DNA of 64,000 nt from Eledone cirrhosa (lineage: Eukaryota): assembly GCA_964016885.1 (NCBI GenBank), contig OZ024741.1:413726001-413790000 (forward strand). Reading direction: 5' to 3'. Each line of letters starts with the position of its first letter. Position 1 is the stretch's first letter. The position numbers and the translations under genes are program-made. A model generated the notes under the pieces. That model made no database searches, was not told the DNA's origin, and saw nothing but the letters and a program-made list of their open reading frames with translations. Below are positions 23,668 through 38,600 of this stretch, piece after piece.

Positions 23668-26600
23668 CACCTTGTCATGTCACCGACATGACCACTTTAC
23701 AGTGTGGACTGAGGGCCTTTGTCATGTCACCGACATGACCACTTTACAGTGTGGACTGAGGGCCTTTGTCATGTCACCGACATGACCACTTTACAGTGTG
23801 GACTGACAACCTTTGTCATGTCACCAGCATGACCACTTTACAGTGTGGACTGAGGACCTTTGTCATGTCACCGACATGACCACTCTACAGTGTGGACTGA
23901 GGGTCTTTGTCATGTCACCGACACGACCACTTTACAGTGTGGACTGAGGAACTTTGTCATGTCACCTACATGACCACTTTACAGTGTGGACTGAGAACCT
24001 TTGTCATGTCACCAGCATGACCACTTTACAGTGTGGACTGAGGACCTTTGTCATGTCACCGACATGACCACTCTACAGTGTGGACTGAGGGTCTTTGTCA
24101 TGTCACCGACACGACCACTTTACAGTGTGGACTGAGGAAATTTGTCATGTCACCTACATGACCACTTTACAGTGTGGACTGAGGACCTTTGTCATGTCAC
24201 CGACACGACCACTTTACAGTGTGGACTGAGGACCTTTGTCATGTCACCGACATGACCACTTTACAGTGTGGACTGAGAACCTTTGTCATGTCACCAGCAT
24301 GACCACTTTACAGTGTGGACTGAGGACCTTTGTCATGTCACCGACACGACCACTTTACAGTGTGGACTGAGGACCTTTGTCATGTCACCGACATGACCAC
24401 TTTACAGTGTGGACTGAGGACCTTTGTCATGTCACCGACATGACCACTTTACAGTGTGGACTGAGGGCCTTTGTCATGTCCCTGACATGACCACTCTACA
24501 GTGTGGACTGAGGGTCTTTGTCATGTCACCGACACGACCACTTTACAGTGTGGACTGAGGACCTTTGTCATGTCACCAGCATGACCACTTTACAGTGTGG
24601 ACTGAGGACCTTTGTCATGTTACCGACATGACCACTCTACAGTGTGGACTGAGGGTCTTTGTCATGTCACCGACACGACCACTTTACAGTGTGGACTGAG
24701 GACCTTTGTCATGTCACCGACATGACCACTTTACAGTGTGGACTGAGGACCTTTGTCATGTCACCGACATGACCACTTTACAGTGTGGACTGAGGGCCTT
24801 TGTCATGTCACCAACATGACCACTTTGCAGTGTGGACTGAGGACCTTTGTCATGTCACCGACATGACCACTTTACAGTGTGGACTGAGAACCTTTGTCAT
24901 GTCACCAGCAAGACCACTTTACAGTGTGGACTGAGGACCTTTGTCATGTCACCGACACGACCACTTTGCAGTGTGGACTGAGGACCTTTGTCATGTCACC
25001 TACATGACCACTTTGCAGTGTGGACTGAGGACCTTTGTCATGTCACCTACATGACCACTTTACAGTGTGGACTGAGAACCTTTGTCATGTCACCAGCATG
25101 ACCACTTTACAGTGTGGACTGAGGACCTTTATCATGTCACTGACACGTCCACTTTACAGTGTGGACTGAGGACCTTTGTCATGTCACCAGCATGACCACT
25201 TTACAGTGTGGACTGAGGACCTTTGGTATGTCACGGACAGGACCACTTTACAGTGTGGACTGAGGACCTTTGTCATGTCACTGACACGACCACTTTGCAG
25301 TGTCGACTGAGGACCTTTGTCATGTCACCAGCATGACCACTTTACAGTGTGGACTGAGGACCTCTGTCATGTCACCGACAGGACCACTTTACAGTGTGGA
25401 CTGAGGACCTTTGTCATGTCACCGACATGACCACTTTACAGTGTGGACTGAGGACCTTTGTCATGTCACCTACATGACCACTTTACAGTGTGGACTGAGG
25501 GCCTTTGTCATGTCAACATGACCACATTACAGTGTGGACTGAGGACCTTTGTCATGTCACCAACTTGACCACTTTACAGTGTGGACTGAGGACCTTTGTC
25601 ATGTCACAGACACAACCACTTTACAGGGTTGACTGAGGACCTTTGTCATGTCACGGACATGACCACTTTACAGTGTGGACTGAGGACCTTTGTCATGTCA
25701 CCTACATGACCACTTTACAGTGTGGACTGAGGGCCTTTGTCATGTCACCTACACGACCACTTTGCAGTGTGGACTGAGGACCTTTGTCATTGCACCGACA
25801 TGACCACTTTACAGTGTGGACTGAGGACCTTTATCATGTCACCGACACGACCACTTTGCAGTGTGGACTGAGGACCTTTGTCATGTCACCGACACGACCA
25901 CTTTGCAGTGTGGACTGAGGACCTTTGTCATGTCACCGACATGACCACTTTACAGTGTGGACTGAGGGCCTTTGTCATGTCACCGACATGACCACTTTAC
26001 AGTGTGGACTGAGGACCTTTATCATGTCACCGACACGACCACTTTGCAGTGTGGACTGAGGACCTTTGTCATGTCATTGACACGACCACTTTACAGTGTG
26101 GACTGAGGACCTTTGTCATGTCACCGACAGGACCACTTTACAGTTGGACTGAGGACCTTTGTCATGTCACCGACATGACCACTTTACAGTGTGGACTGAG
26201 GACCTTTGTCATGTCACCTACACGACCACTTTACAGTGTGTACTGAGGACCTTTGTCATGTCACCGACATGACCACTTTACAGTGTGGACTGAGGACCTT
26301 TGTCATGTCACTGACACGACCACTTTGCAGTGTGGACTGAGGACCTTTGTCATGTCACCTACATGACCACTTTACAGTGTGGACTGAGGACCTTTGTCAT
26401 GTCACCTACATGACCTCTTTACAGTGTGGACTGAGGACCTTTGTCATGTCACCGACATGACCACTTTACAGTGTGGACTGAGGACCTTTGTCATGTCACT
26501 GACACGACCACTTTGCAGTGTGGACTGAGGACCTTTGTCATGTCACCAGCATGACCACTTTACAGTGTGGACTGAGGACCTTTGTCATGTCACCGACAGG

Positions 26601-29600
26601 ACCACTTTGCAGTGTGGACTGAGGACCTTTGTCATGTCACCAGCATGACCACTTAACAGTGTGGACTGAGGACCTTTGTCATGTCACTGACAAGACCACT
26701 TTACAGTGTGGACTGAGGACCTTTGTCATGTCACCTACATGACCACTTTACAGTTGGACTGAGGACCTTTGTCATGTCACCGACACGACCACTTTACAGT
26801 GTGGACTGAGCACCTTTGTCATGTCACCGACACGACCACGTTAAAGTGTGGACTGAGGACCTTTGTCGTGTCACCGACATGACCACTTTACAGTGTGGAC
26901 TGAGGACCTTTGTCATGTCACCGACATGACCACTTTACAGTGTGGACTGAGGACCTTTGTCATGTCACCGACATGACCACTTTACAGTGTGAACTGAGGA
27001 CCTTTGTCATGTCACCGACATGACCACTTTACAGTGTGGACTGAGGGGCTTTGTCATGTCACCGACATGACCACTTTACAGTGTGGACTGAGGGCCTTTG
27101 TCATGTCACCGACATGGCCACTTTACAGTGTGGACTGAGGACCTTTGTCATGTCACCGACATGACCACTTTACAGTGTGGACTGAGGACCTTTGTCATGT
27201 CACCAGCATGACCACTTTACAGTGTGGACTGAGGACCTTTGTCATGTCACCTACATGACCACTTTACAGTGTGGACTGAGGGCCTTTGTCATGTCACTGA
27301 CATGACCACTTTACAGTGTGGACTGAGGCCCTTTGCCATGTCACCTACATGACCACTTTATAGTGTGGACTGAGAACCTTTGTCATGTCATCTACACGAC
27401 CACTTTACAGTGTGGACTGAGGGCCTTTGTCATGTCACCAACTTGACCACTTTACAGTGTGGACTGAGGACCTTTGTCATGTCACCTACATGACCACTTT
27501 ATAGTGTGGACTGAGAACCTTTGTCATGTCACTGACATGACCACTTTGCAGTGTGGACTGAGGACCTTTGTCATGTCACCTACATGACCACTTTACAGTG
27601 TGGACTGAGGACCTTTGTCATGTCACCGACATGACCACTTTACAGTGTGGACTGAGGACCTTTGAAATGTCACCGACATGACCACTTTACAGTGTGGACT
27701 GAGGACCTTTGTTATGTCACCGACATGACCACTTTACAGTGTGGTCTGAGGACCTTTGTCATGTCCCTGACATGACCACTTTACAGTGTGGACTGAGGAC
27801 CTTTGTCATGTCACCGACATGACCACTTTACAGTGTGGACTGAGGACCTTTGTCATGTCACCGACATGACCACTTTACAGTGTGGTCTGAGGACCTTTGT
27901 CATGTCCCTGACATGACCACTTTACAGTGTGGACTGAGGACCTTTGTCATGTCACTGACATGACCACTTTACAGTTGGACTGAGGGCCTTTGTCATGTCA
28001 CCGACACGACCACTTTACAGTGTGGACTGAGGACCTTTGTCATGTCACCGACACGACCACGTTAAAGTGTGGACTGAGGACCTTTGTCATGTCACCGACA
28101 TGACCACTTTACAGTGTGGACTGAGGACCTTTGTCATGTCACCTACATCACCACTTTACAGTGTGGACTGAGGACCTTTATCACGTCCCCAACATGACCA
28201 CTTTACAGTGTGGACTGAGGAACTTTGTCATGTCACCTACATGACCACTTTACAGTGTGGTCTGAGGACCTTTGTCATGTCACCTACACGACCACTTTAC
28301 AGTGTGGACTGAGGACCATTGTCATGTCACCGACACGACCACTTTACAGTGTGGACTGAGGACCTTTGTCATGTCACCGACATGACAACTTTACAGTGTG
28401 GACTGAGGACCTTTATCATGTCCCCGACATGACCACTTTACAGTGTGGACTGAGGACCTTTGTCATGTCACCAACTTGACCACTTTACAGTGTAGACTGA
28501 GGACCTTTGTCATGTCAGCGACACGACCACTTTAAAGTGTGGACTGAGGACCTTTGTCATGTCACCTACACGACCACTTTACAGTGTGGACTGAGGACCT
28601 TTGTCATGTCACCGACATGACCACTTTACAGTGTGGACTGAGGACCTTTGTCATGTCACCGACACGACCACTTTACAGTGTGGACTGAGGACCTTTGTCA
28701 TGTCACCTACACGACCACTTTACAGTGTGGACTGAGGACCTTTGTCATGTCACCGACACAACCACTTTACAGTGTCGACTGAGGACCTTTGTCATGTCAT
28801 CTACACGACCACTTTACAGTGTGGACTAAGGACCTTTGTCATGTCACTAACATGACCACTTTACAGTGTGGACTGAGGACCTTTGTCATGTCACCTACAT
28901 GACCACTTTACAGTGTGGACTGAGGACCTTTGTCATGTCACCAAATTGACCACTTTACAGTGTGGACTGAGGACTTTTGTCATGTCACCGACACGACCAC
29001 TTTACAGTGTGGACTGAGGGTCTTTGTCATGTCACCATGACCACTTTACAGTGTGGACTGAGGACCTTTGTCATGTCACCGACACGTCCACGTTACAGTG
29101 TGGACTGAGGGTCTTTGTCATGTCACCATGACCACTTTACAGTGTGGACTGAGGACTTTTGTCATGTCACCGACACGACCACTTTACAGTGTGGACTGAG
29201 GGTCTTTGTCATGTCACGATGACCACTTTACAGTGTGGACTGAGGACCTTTGTCATGTCAGCGACACGACCACTTTACAGTGTGGACTGAGGACCTTTGT
29301 CATGTCACCGACACGTCCACTTTACAGTGTGGACTGACGACCTTTGTCATGTCACCTACACGACCACTTTACAATGTGGACTGAGGACCTTTGTCATGTC
29401 ACCGACACGACCACTTTACAGTGTGGACTGAGGACCTTTGTCATGTCACCGACACGACCACTTTACAGTGTGGACTGACGACCTTTGTCATGTCACCTAC
29501 ACGACCACTTTACAATGTGGACTGAGGACCTTTGTCATGTCACCGACGTGACCACTTTACAGTGTGGACTGAGGACCTTGTCATGACACTGACACGTCCA

Positions 29601-32600
29601 CTTTCCAGTGTGGACTGATGACCTTTGTCATGTCACCATGACCACTTTACAGTGTGGACTGAGGACCTATATCACGTCCCCAACATGACCACTTTACGGT
29701 GTGGGCTGAGGACCTTTGTCATGTCACTGACACGACCACTTTACAGTGTGGACTGAGGACCTTTGTCATGTCACTGACATAACCACTTTACAGTTTGGAC
29801 TGAGGACCTTTGTCATGTCACCTACATGACCACTTTACAGTGTGGACTGAGGACCTTTGTCATGTCACCGACATGACCACTTTACAGTTTGGACTGAGGA
29901 CCTTTGTCATGTCACAGACATGACCACTTTACAGTGTGGACTGAGGACCTTTATCATGTCCCCGACATGACCACTTTACAGTGTGGGCTGAGGACCTTTG
30001 TCATGTCACCAGCATGACCACTTTACAGTGTGGACTGAGGACCTTTGTCATGTCCCCGACATGACCACTTTACAGTGTGGACTGAGGACCTTTGTCATGT
30101 CACTGACACAACCACTTTACAGTGTGGACTGAGGACCTTTGTCATGACACCGACATGACCACTTTACAGTGTGGACTGAGGACCTTTGTCGTGTCACCGA
30201 CATGACCACTTTACAGTGTGGACTGAGGACCTTTGTCATGTCACCGACACGACAACTTTACAGTGTGGACTGAGGACCTTTGTCATGTCACATACACGAC
30301 CACTTTACAGTGTGGACTGAGGACCTTTGTCGTGTCACCGACACAACCACTTTACAGTGTCGACTGAGGACCTTTGTCATGTCATCTACACGACCACTTT
30401 ACAGTGTGGACTGAGGACCTTTGTCATGTCACCTACATGACCACTTTACAGTGTGGACTGAGGACCTTTGTCATGTCACCTGCATGACCACTTTACAGTG
30501 TGGACTGAGGACCTTTATCACGTCCCCAACATGACCACTTTACAGTGTGGACTGAGGACCTTTGTCATGTCACTAACATGACCACTTTACAGTGTGGACT
30601 GAGGACCTTTGTCATGTCACCTACATGACCACTTTACAGTGTGGACTGAGGACCTTTGTCATGTCACCAAATTGACCACTTTACAGTGTGGACTGAGGAC
30701 TTTTGTCATGTCACCGACACGACCACTTTACAGTGTGGACTGAGGGTCTTTGTCATGTCACCATGACCACTTTACAGTGTGGACTGAGGACCTTTGTCAT
30801 GTCACCGACACGTCCACGTTACAGTGTGGACTGAGGGTCTTTGTCATGTCACCATGACCACTTTACAGTGTGGACTGAGGACCTTTGTCATGTCACTGAC
30901 ATAACCACTTTACAGTTTGGACTGAGGACCTTTGTCATGTCACCGACATGACCACTTTACAGTGTGGACTGAGGACCTTTGTCATGTCACCGACATGACC
31001 ACTTTACAGTTTGGACTGAGGACCTTTGTCATGTCACAGACATGACCACTTTACAGTGTGGACTGAGGACCTTTATCATGTCCCCGACATGACCACTTTA
31101 CAGTGTGGGCTGAGGACCTTTGTCATGTCACCAGCATGACCACTTTACAGTGTGGACTGAGGACCTTTGTCATGTCCCCGACATGACCACTTTACAGTGT
31201 GGACTGAGGACCTTTGTCATGTCACTGACACAACCACTTTACAGTGTGGACTGAGGACCTTTGTCATGACACCTACATGACCACTTTACAGTATGGACTG
31301 ATGACCTTTGTCATGTCACGGACATGATCACTTTACAGAGTGGACTGAGGACCTTTGTCATGTCACCTACATGACCACTTTACAGTGTGGACTGAGGACC
31401 TTTGTCATGTCACCTACATGACCACTTTACAGTGGGGCCTGAGGACCTTTGTCATGTCACCGACACGACCACTTTACAGTGTGGACTGAGGACCTTTGTC
31501 ATGTGACCTACATGACCACTTTACAGTGTGGACTGACGACCTTTGTCATGTCACCGACATGACCACTTTACAGTGTGGACTGAGGACCTTTGTCATGTCA
31601 CCGACATGACCACTTTACAGTGTGGACCGAGGACCTTTGTCATGTCACCGACATGACCACTTTACAGTGTGGACTGAGGGCCTTTGTCATGTCACCAACA
31701 TGACCACTTTGCAGTGTGGACTGAGGACCTTTGTCATGTCACCGACATGACCACTTTACAGTGTGGACTGAGAACCTTTGTCATGTCAGCAGCAAGACCA
31801 CTTTACAGTGTGGACTGAGGACCTTTGTCATGTCACCGACACGACCACTTTGCAGTGTGGACTGAGGACCTTTGTCATGTCACCGACACGACCACTTTGC
31901 AGTGTGGACTGAGGACCTTTGTCATGTCACCTACATGACCACTTTACAGTGTGGACTGAGAACCTTTGTCATGTCACCAGCATGACCACTTTACAGTGTG
32001 AACTGAGGACCTTTATCATGTCACTGACACGTCCACTTTACAGTGTGGACTGAGGACCTTTGTCATGTCACCAGCATGACCACTTTACAGTGTGGACTGA
32101 GGACCTTTGTCATGTCACCGACACGACCACTTTACAGTGTGGACTGAGGACCTTTGTCATGTCACCTACACGACCACTTTACAGTGTGGACTGAGGACCT
32201 TTGTCATGTCACCGACACAACCACTTTACAGTGTCGACTGAGGACCTTTGTCATGTCATCTACACGACCACTTTACAGTGTGGACTAAGGACCTTTGTCA
32301 TGTCACTAACATGACCACTTTACAGTGTGGACTGAGGACCTTTGTCATGTCACCTACATGACCACTTTACAGTGTGGACTGAGGACCTTTGTCATGTCAC
32401 CAAATTGACCACTTTACAGTGTGGACTGAGGACTTTTGTCATGTCACCGACACGACCACTTTACAGTGTGGACTGAGGGTCTTTGTCATGTCACCATGAC
32501 CACTTTACAGTGTGGACTGAGGACCTTTGTCATGTCACCGACACGTCCACGTTACAGTGTGGACTGAGGGTCTTTGTCATGTCACCATGACCACTTTACA

Positions 32601-35600
32601 GTGTGGACTGAGGACTTTTGTCATGTCACCGACACGACCACTTTACAGTGTGGACTGAGGGTCTTTGTCATGTCACGATGACCACTTTACAGTGTGGACT
32701 GAGGACCTTTGTCATGTCAGCGACACGACCACTTTACAGTGTGGACTGAGGACCTTTGTCATGTCACCGACACGTCCACTTTACAGTGTGGACTGACGAC
32801 CTTTGTCATGTCACCTACACGACCACTTTACAATGTGGACTGAGGACCTTTGTCATGTCACCGACACGACCACTTTACAGTGTGGACTGAGGACCTTTGT
32901 CATGTCACCTACACGACCACTTTACAGTGTGGACTGAGGACCTTTGTCATGTCACCGACACAACCACTTTACAGTGTCGACTGAGGACCTTTGTCATGTC
33001 ATCTACACGACCACTTTACAGTGTGGACTGAGGACCTTTGTCATGTCACCTACATGACCACTTTACAGTGTGGACTGAGGACCTTTGTCATGTCACCTGC
33101 ATGACCACTTTACAGTGTGGACTGAGGACCTTTATCACGTCCCCAACATGACCACTTTACAGTGTGGACTGAGGACCTTTGTCATGTCACTAACATGACC
33201 ACTTTACAGTGTGGACTGAGGACCTTTGTCATGTCACCTACATGACCACTTTACAGTGTGGACTGAGGACCTTTGTCATGTCACCAAATTGACCACTTTA
33301 CAGTGTGGACTGAGGACTTTTGTCATGTCACCGACACGACCACTTTACAGTGTGGACTGAGGGTCTTTGTCATGTCACCATGAACACTTTACAGTGTGGA
33401 CTGAGGACCTTTGTCATGTCACCGACACGTCCACGTTACAGTGTGGACTGAGGGTCTTTGTCATGTCACCATGACCACTTTACAGTGTGGACTGAGGACT
33501 TTTGTCATGTCACCGACACGACCACTTTACAGTGTGGACTGAGGGTCTTTGTCATGTCACCATGACCACTTTACAGTGTGGACTGAGGACCTTTGTCATG
33601 TCACCGACACGACCACTTTACAGTGTGGACTGAGGACCTTTGTCATGTCACCGACACGTCCACTTTACAGTGTGGACTGACGACCTTTGTCATGTCACCT
33701 ACACGACCACTTTACAATGTGGACTGAGGACCTTTGTCATGTCACCGACACGACCACTTTACAGTGTGGACTGAGGACCTTTGTCATGTCACCGACACGA
33801 CCACTTTACAGTGTGGACTGACGACCTTTGTCATGTCACCTACACGACCACTTTACAATGTGGACTGAGGACCTTTGTCATGTCACCGACGTGACCACTT
33901 TACAGTGTGGACTGAGGACCTTGTCATGACACTGACACGTCCACTTTCCAGTGTGGACTGATGACCTTTGTCATGTCACCATGACCACTTTACAGTGTGG
34001 ACTGAGGACCTATATCACGTCCCCAACATGACCACTTTACGGTGTGGGCTGAGGACCTTTGTCATGTCACTGACACGACCACTTTACAGTGTGGACTGAG
34101 GACCTTTGTCATGTCACTGACATAACCACTTTACAGTTTGGACTGAGGACCTTTGTCATGTCACCGACATGACCACTTTACAGTGTGGACTGAGGACCTT
34201 TGTCATGTCACCGACATGACCACTTTACAGTTTGGACTGAGGACCTTTGTCATGTCACAGACATGACCACTTTACAGTGTGGACTGAGGACCTTTATCAT
34301 GTCCCCGACATGACCACTTTACAGTGTGGGCTGAGGACCTTTGTCATGTCACCAGCATGACCACTTTACAGTGTGGACTGAGGACCTTTGTCATGTCCCC
34401 GACATGACCACTTTACAGTGTGGACTGAGGACCTTTGTCATGTCACTGACACAACCACTTTACAGTGTGGACTGAGGACCTTTGTCATGACACCTACATG
34501 ACGACTTTACAGTATGGACTGATGACCTTTGTCATGTCACGGACATGATCACTTTACAGAGTGGACTGAGGACCTTTGTCATGTCACCTACATGACCACT
34601 TTACAGTGTGGACTGAGGACCTTTGTCATGTCACCTACATGACCACTTTACAGTGGGGCCTGAGGACCTTTGTCATGTCACCGACACGACCACTTTACAG
34701 TGTGGACTGAGGACCTTTGTCATGTGACCTACATGACCACTTTACAGTGTGGACTGAGGACCTTTGTCATGTCACCGACATGACCACTTTACAGTGTGGA
34801 CTGAGGACCTTTGTCATGTCACCGACATGACCACTTTACAGTGTGGACTGAGGGCCTTTGTCATGTCACCAACATGACCACTTTGCAGTGTGGACTGAGG
34901 ACCTTTGTCATGTCACCGACATGACCACTTTACAGTGTGGACTGAGGACCTTTGTCGTGTCACCGACATGACTACTTTACAGTGTGGACTGAGGACCTTT
35001 GTCATGTCACTGACATGACCACTTTACAGTTGGACTGAGGGCCTTTGTCATGTCACCGACACGACCACTTTACAGTGTGGACTGAGGACCTTTGTTATGA
35101 CACCGACACGACCACGTTAAAGTGTGGACTGAGGACCTTTGTCATGTCACGGACATGACCACTTTACAGTGTGGACTGAGGACCTTTGTCATGTCACCTA
35201 CATCACCACTTTACAGTGTGGACTGAGGACCTTTATCACGTCCCCAACATGACCACTTTACAGTGTGGACTGAGGACCTTTGTCATGTCACCTACATGAC
35301 CACTTTACAGTGTGGACTGAGAACCTTTGTCATGTCACCAGCATGACCACTTTACAGTGTGAACTGAGGACCTTTATCATGTCACTGACACGTCCACTTT
35401 ACAGTGTGGACTGAGGACCTTTGTCATGTCACCAGCATGACCACTTTACAGTGTGGACTGAGGACCTTTGTCACGTCACCGACAGGACCACTTTACAGTG
35501 TGGACTGAGGACCTTTGTCATGTCACTGACACGACCACTTTGCAGTGTGGACTGAGGACCTTTGTCATGTCACCAGCATGACCACTTTACAGTGTGGACT

Positions 35601-38600
35601 GAGGACCTCTGTCATGTCACCGACAGGACCACTTTACAGTGTGGACTGAGGACCTTTGTCATGTCACCGACATGACCACTTTACAGTGTGGACTGAGGAC
35701 CTTTGTCATGTCACCTACATGACCACTTTACAGTGTGGACTGAGGGCCTTTGTCATGTCACCATGACCACATTACAGTGTGGACTGAGGACCTTTGTCAT
35801 GTCACCAACTTGACCACTTTACAGTGTGGACTGAGGACCTTTGTCATGTCACAGACATGACCACTTTACAGTGTGGACTGAGGATTTGTCATGTCACCTA
35901 CATGACCACTTTACAGTGTGGACTGAGGGCCTTTGTCATGTCACCTACACGACCACTTTACAGTGGGGCCTGAGGACCTTTGTCATGTCACCGACATGAC
36001 CACTTTACAGTGTGGACTGAGGACCTTTGTCATGTCACCTACACGACCACTTTACAGTGTGGACTGAGGACCTTTGTCATTGCACCGACATGACCACTTT
36101 ACAGTGTGGACTGAGGACCTTTATCATGTCACCGACACGACCACTTTGCAGTGTGGACTGAGGACCTTTGTCATGTCACCGACACGACCACTTTGCAGTG
36201 TGGACTGAGGACCTTTGTCATGTCACCGACATGACCACTTTACAGTGTGGACTGAGGACCTTTGTCATGTCACCGACATGACCACTTTACAGTGTGGACT
36301 GAGGACCTTTGTCATGTCACCGACATGACCACTTTACAGTGTTGACTGAGGATCTTTGTCATGTCACTGACACGACCACTTTGCAGTGTGGACTGAGGAC
36401 CTTTGTCATGTCACCTACATGACCACTTTACAGTGTGGATTGAGGACCTTTGTCATGTCACCTACATGACCTCTTTACAGTATGGACTGAGGACCTTTGT
36501 CATGTCACTGACATGACCACTTTACAGTGTGGACTGAGGACCTTTGTCATGTCACTGACACGACCACTTTGCAGTGTGGACTGAGGACCTTTGTCATGTC
36601 ACCAGCATGACCACTTTACAGTGTGGACTGAGGACCTTTGTCATGTCTCCGACAGGACCACTTTGCAGTGTGGACTGAGGACCTTTGTCATGTCACCAGC
36701 ATGACCACTTAACAGTGTGGACTGAGGACCTTTGTCATGTCGCTGACAAGACCACTTTACAGTGTGGACTGAGGACCTTTGTCATGTCACCTACATGACC
36801 ACTTTAGAGTTGGACTGAGGACCTTTGTCATGTCACCGACACGACCACTTTACAGTGTGGACTGAGGACCTTTGTCATGTCACCGACACGACCACGTTAA
36901 AGTGTGGACTGAGGAGCTTTGTCATGTCACCAACATGACCACTTTACAGTGTGGACTGAGGACCTTTGTCATGTCACCAGCATAACCACTTTACAGTGTG
37001 GACTGAGGACCTTTGTCATGTCACCTACACGACCACTTTACAGTGTGGACTGAGGACCTTTGTCATGTCACCTACACGACCACTTTACAGTGTGGACTGA
37101 GGGCCTTTGTCATGTCACCAACTTGACCACTTTACAGTGTGGACTGAGGACCTTTGTCATGTCACCTACATGACCACTTTATAGTGTGGACTGAGAACCT
37201 TTGTCATGTCACTGACAAGACCACTTTGCAGTGTGGACTGAGGACCTTTGTCATGTCACCTACATGACCACTTTACAGTGTGGACTGAGGACCTTTGTCA
37301 TGTCACCGACATGACCACTTTACAGTGTGGACTGAGGACCTTTGTCATGTCACCGACATGACCACTTTATAGTTGGACTGAGGACCTTTGAAATGTCACC
37401 GACATGACCACTTTACAGTGTGGACTGAGGACCTTTGTCATGTCACCGACATGACCACTTTACAGTGTGGACTGAGGACCTTTGTCATGTCCCTGACATG
37501 ACCACTTTACAGTGTGGACTGAGGACCTTTGTCATGTCACCGACATGACTACTTTACAGTGTGGACTGAGGACCTTTGTCATGTCACTGACATGACCACT
37601 TTACAGTTGGACTGAGGGCCTTTGTCATGTCACCGACACGACCACTTTACAGTGTGGACTGAGGACCTTTGTTATGACACCGACACGACCACGTTAAAGT
37701 GTGGACTGAGGACCTTTGTCATGTCACGGACATGACCACTTTACAGTGTGGACTGAAGACCTTTGTCATGTCACCTACATCACCACTTTACAGTGTGGAC
37801 TGAGGACCTTTATCACGTCCCCAACATGACCACTTTACAGTGTGGACTGAGGACCTTTGTCATGTCACCTACATGACCACTTTACAGTGTGGACTGAGGA
37901 CCTTTGTCATGTCACCTACACGACCACTTTACAGTGTGGACTGAGGACCATTGTCATGTCACCGACACGACCACTTTACAGTGTGGACTGAGGACCTTTG
38001 TCATGTCACTGACATGACAACTTTACAGTGTGGACTGAGGATCTTTATCATGTCCCCGACATGACCACTTTACAGTGTGGACTGAGGACCTTTGTCATGT
38101 CACCAACTTGACCACTTTACAGTGTAGACTGAGGACCTTTGTCATGTCAGCGACACGACCACTTTAAAGTGTGGACTGAGGACCTTTGTCATGTCACCAA
38201 CATGACCACTTTACAGTGTGGACTGAGGACCTTTGTCGTGTCACCGACATGACCACTTTACAGTGTGAACTGAGGACCTTTGTCATGTCACCGACATGAC
38301 CACTTTACAGTGTGGACTGAGGACCTTTGTCATGTCACCGACACGACCACTTTACAGTGTGGACTGAGGACCTTTGTCATGTCACCTACACGACCACTTT
38401 ACAGTGTGGACTGAGGACCTTTGTCATGTCACCGACACGACCACTTTACAGTGTGGACTGAGGACCTTTGTCATGTCATCTACATGACCACTTTACAGTG
38501 TGGACTGAGGACCTTTGTCATGTCACCTACATGACCACTTTACAGTGTGGACTGAGGACCTTTGTCATGTCACAGACACGACCACTTTACAGTGTGGACT

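Noticed and set aside
26049-26246. ORF within the satellite
   Set aside because: Chance open frame created by point variants. The 47-bp unit is not a multiple of 3 and carries TGA stops.
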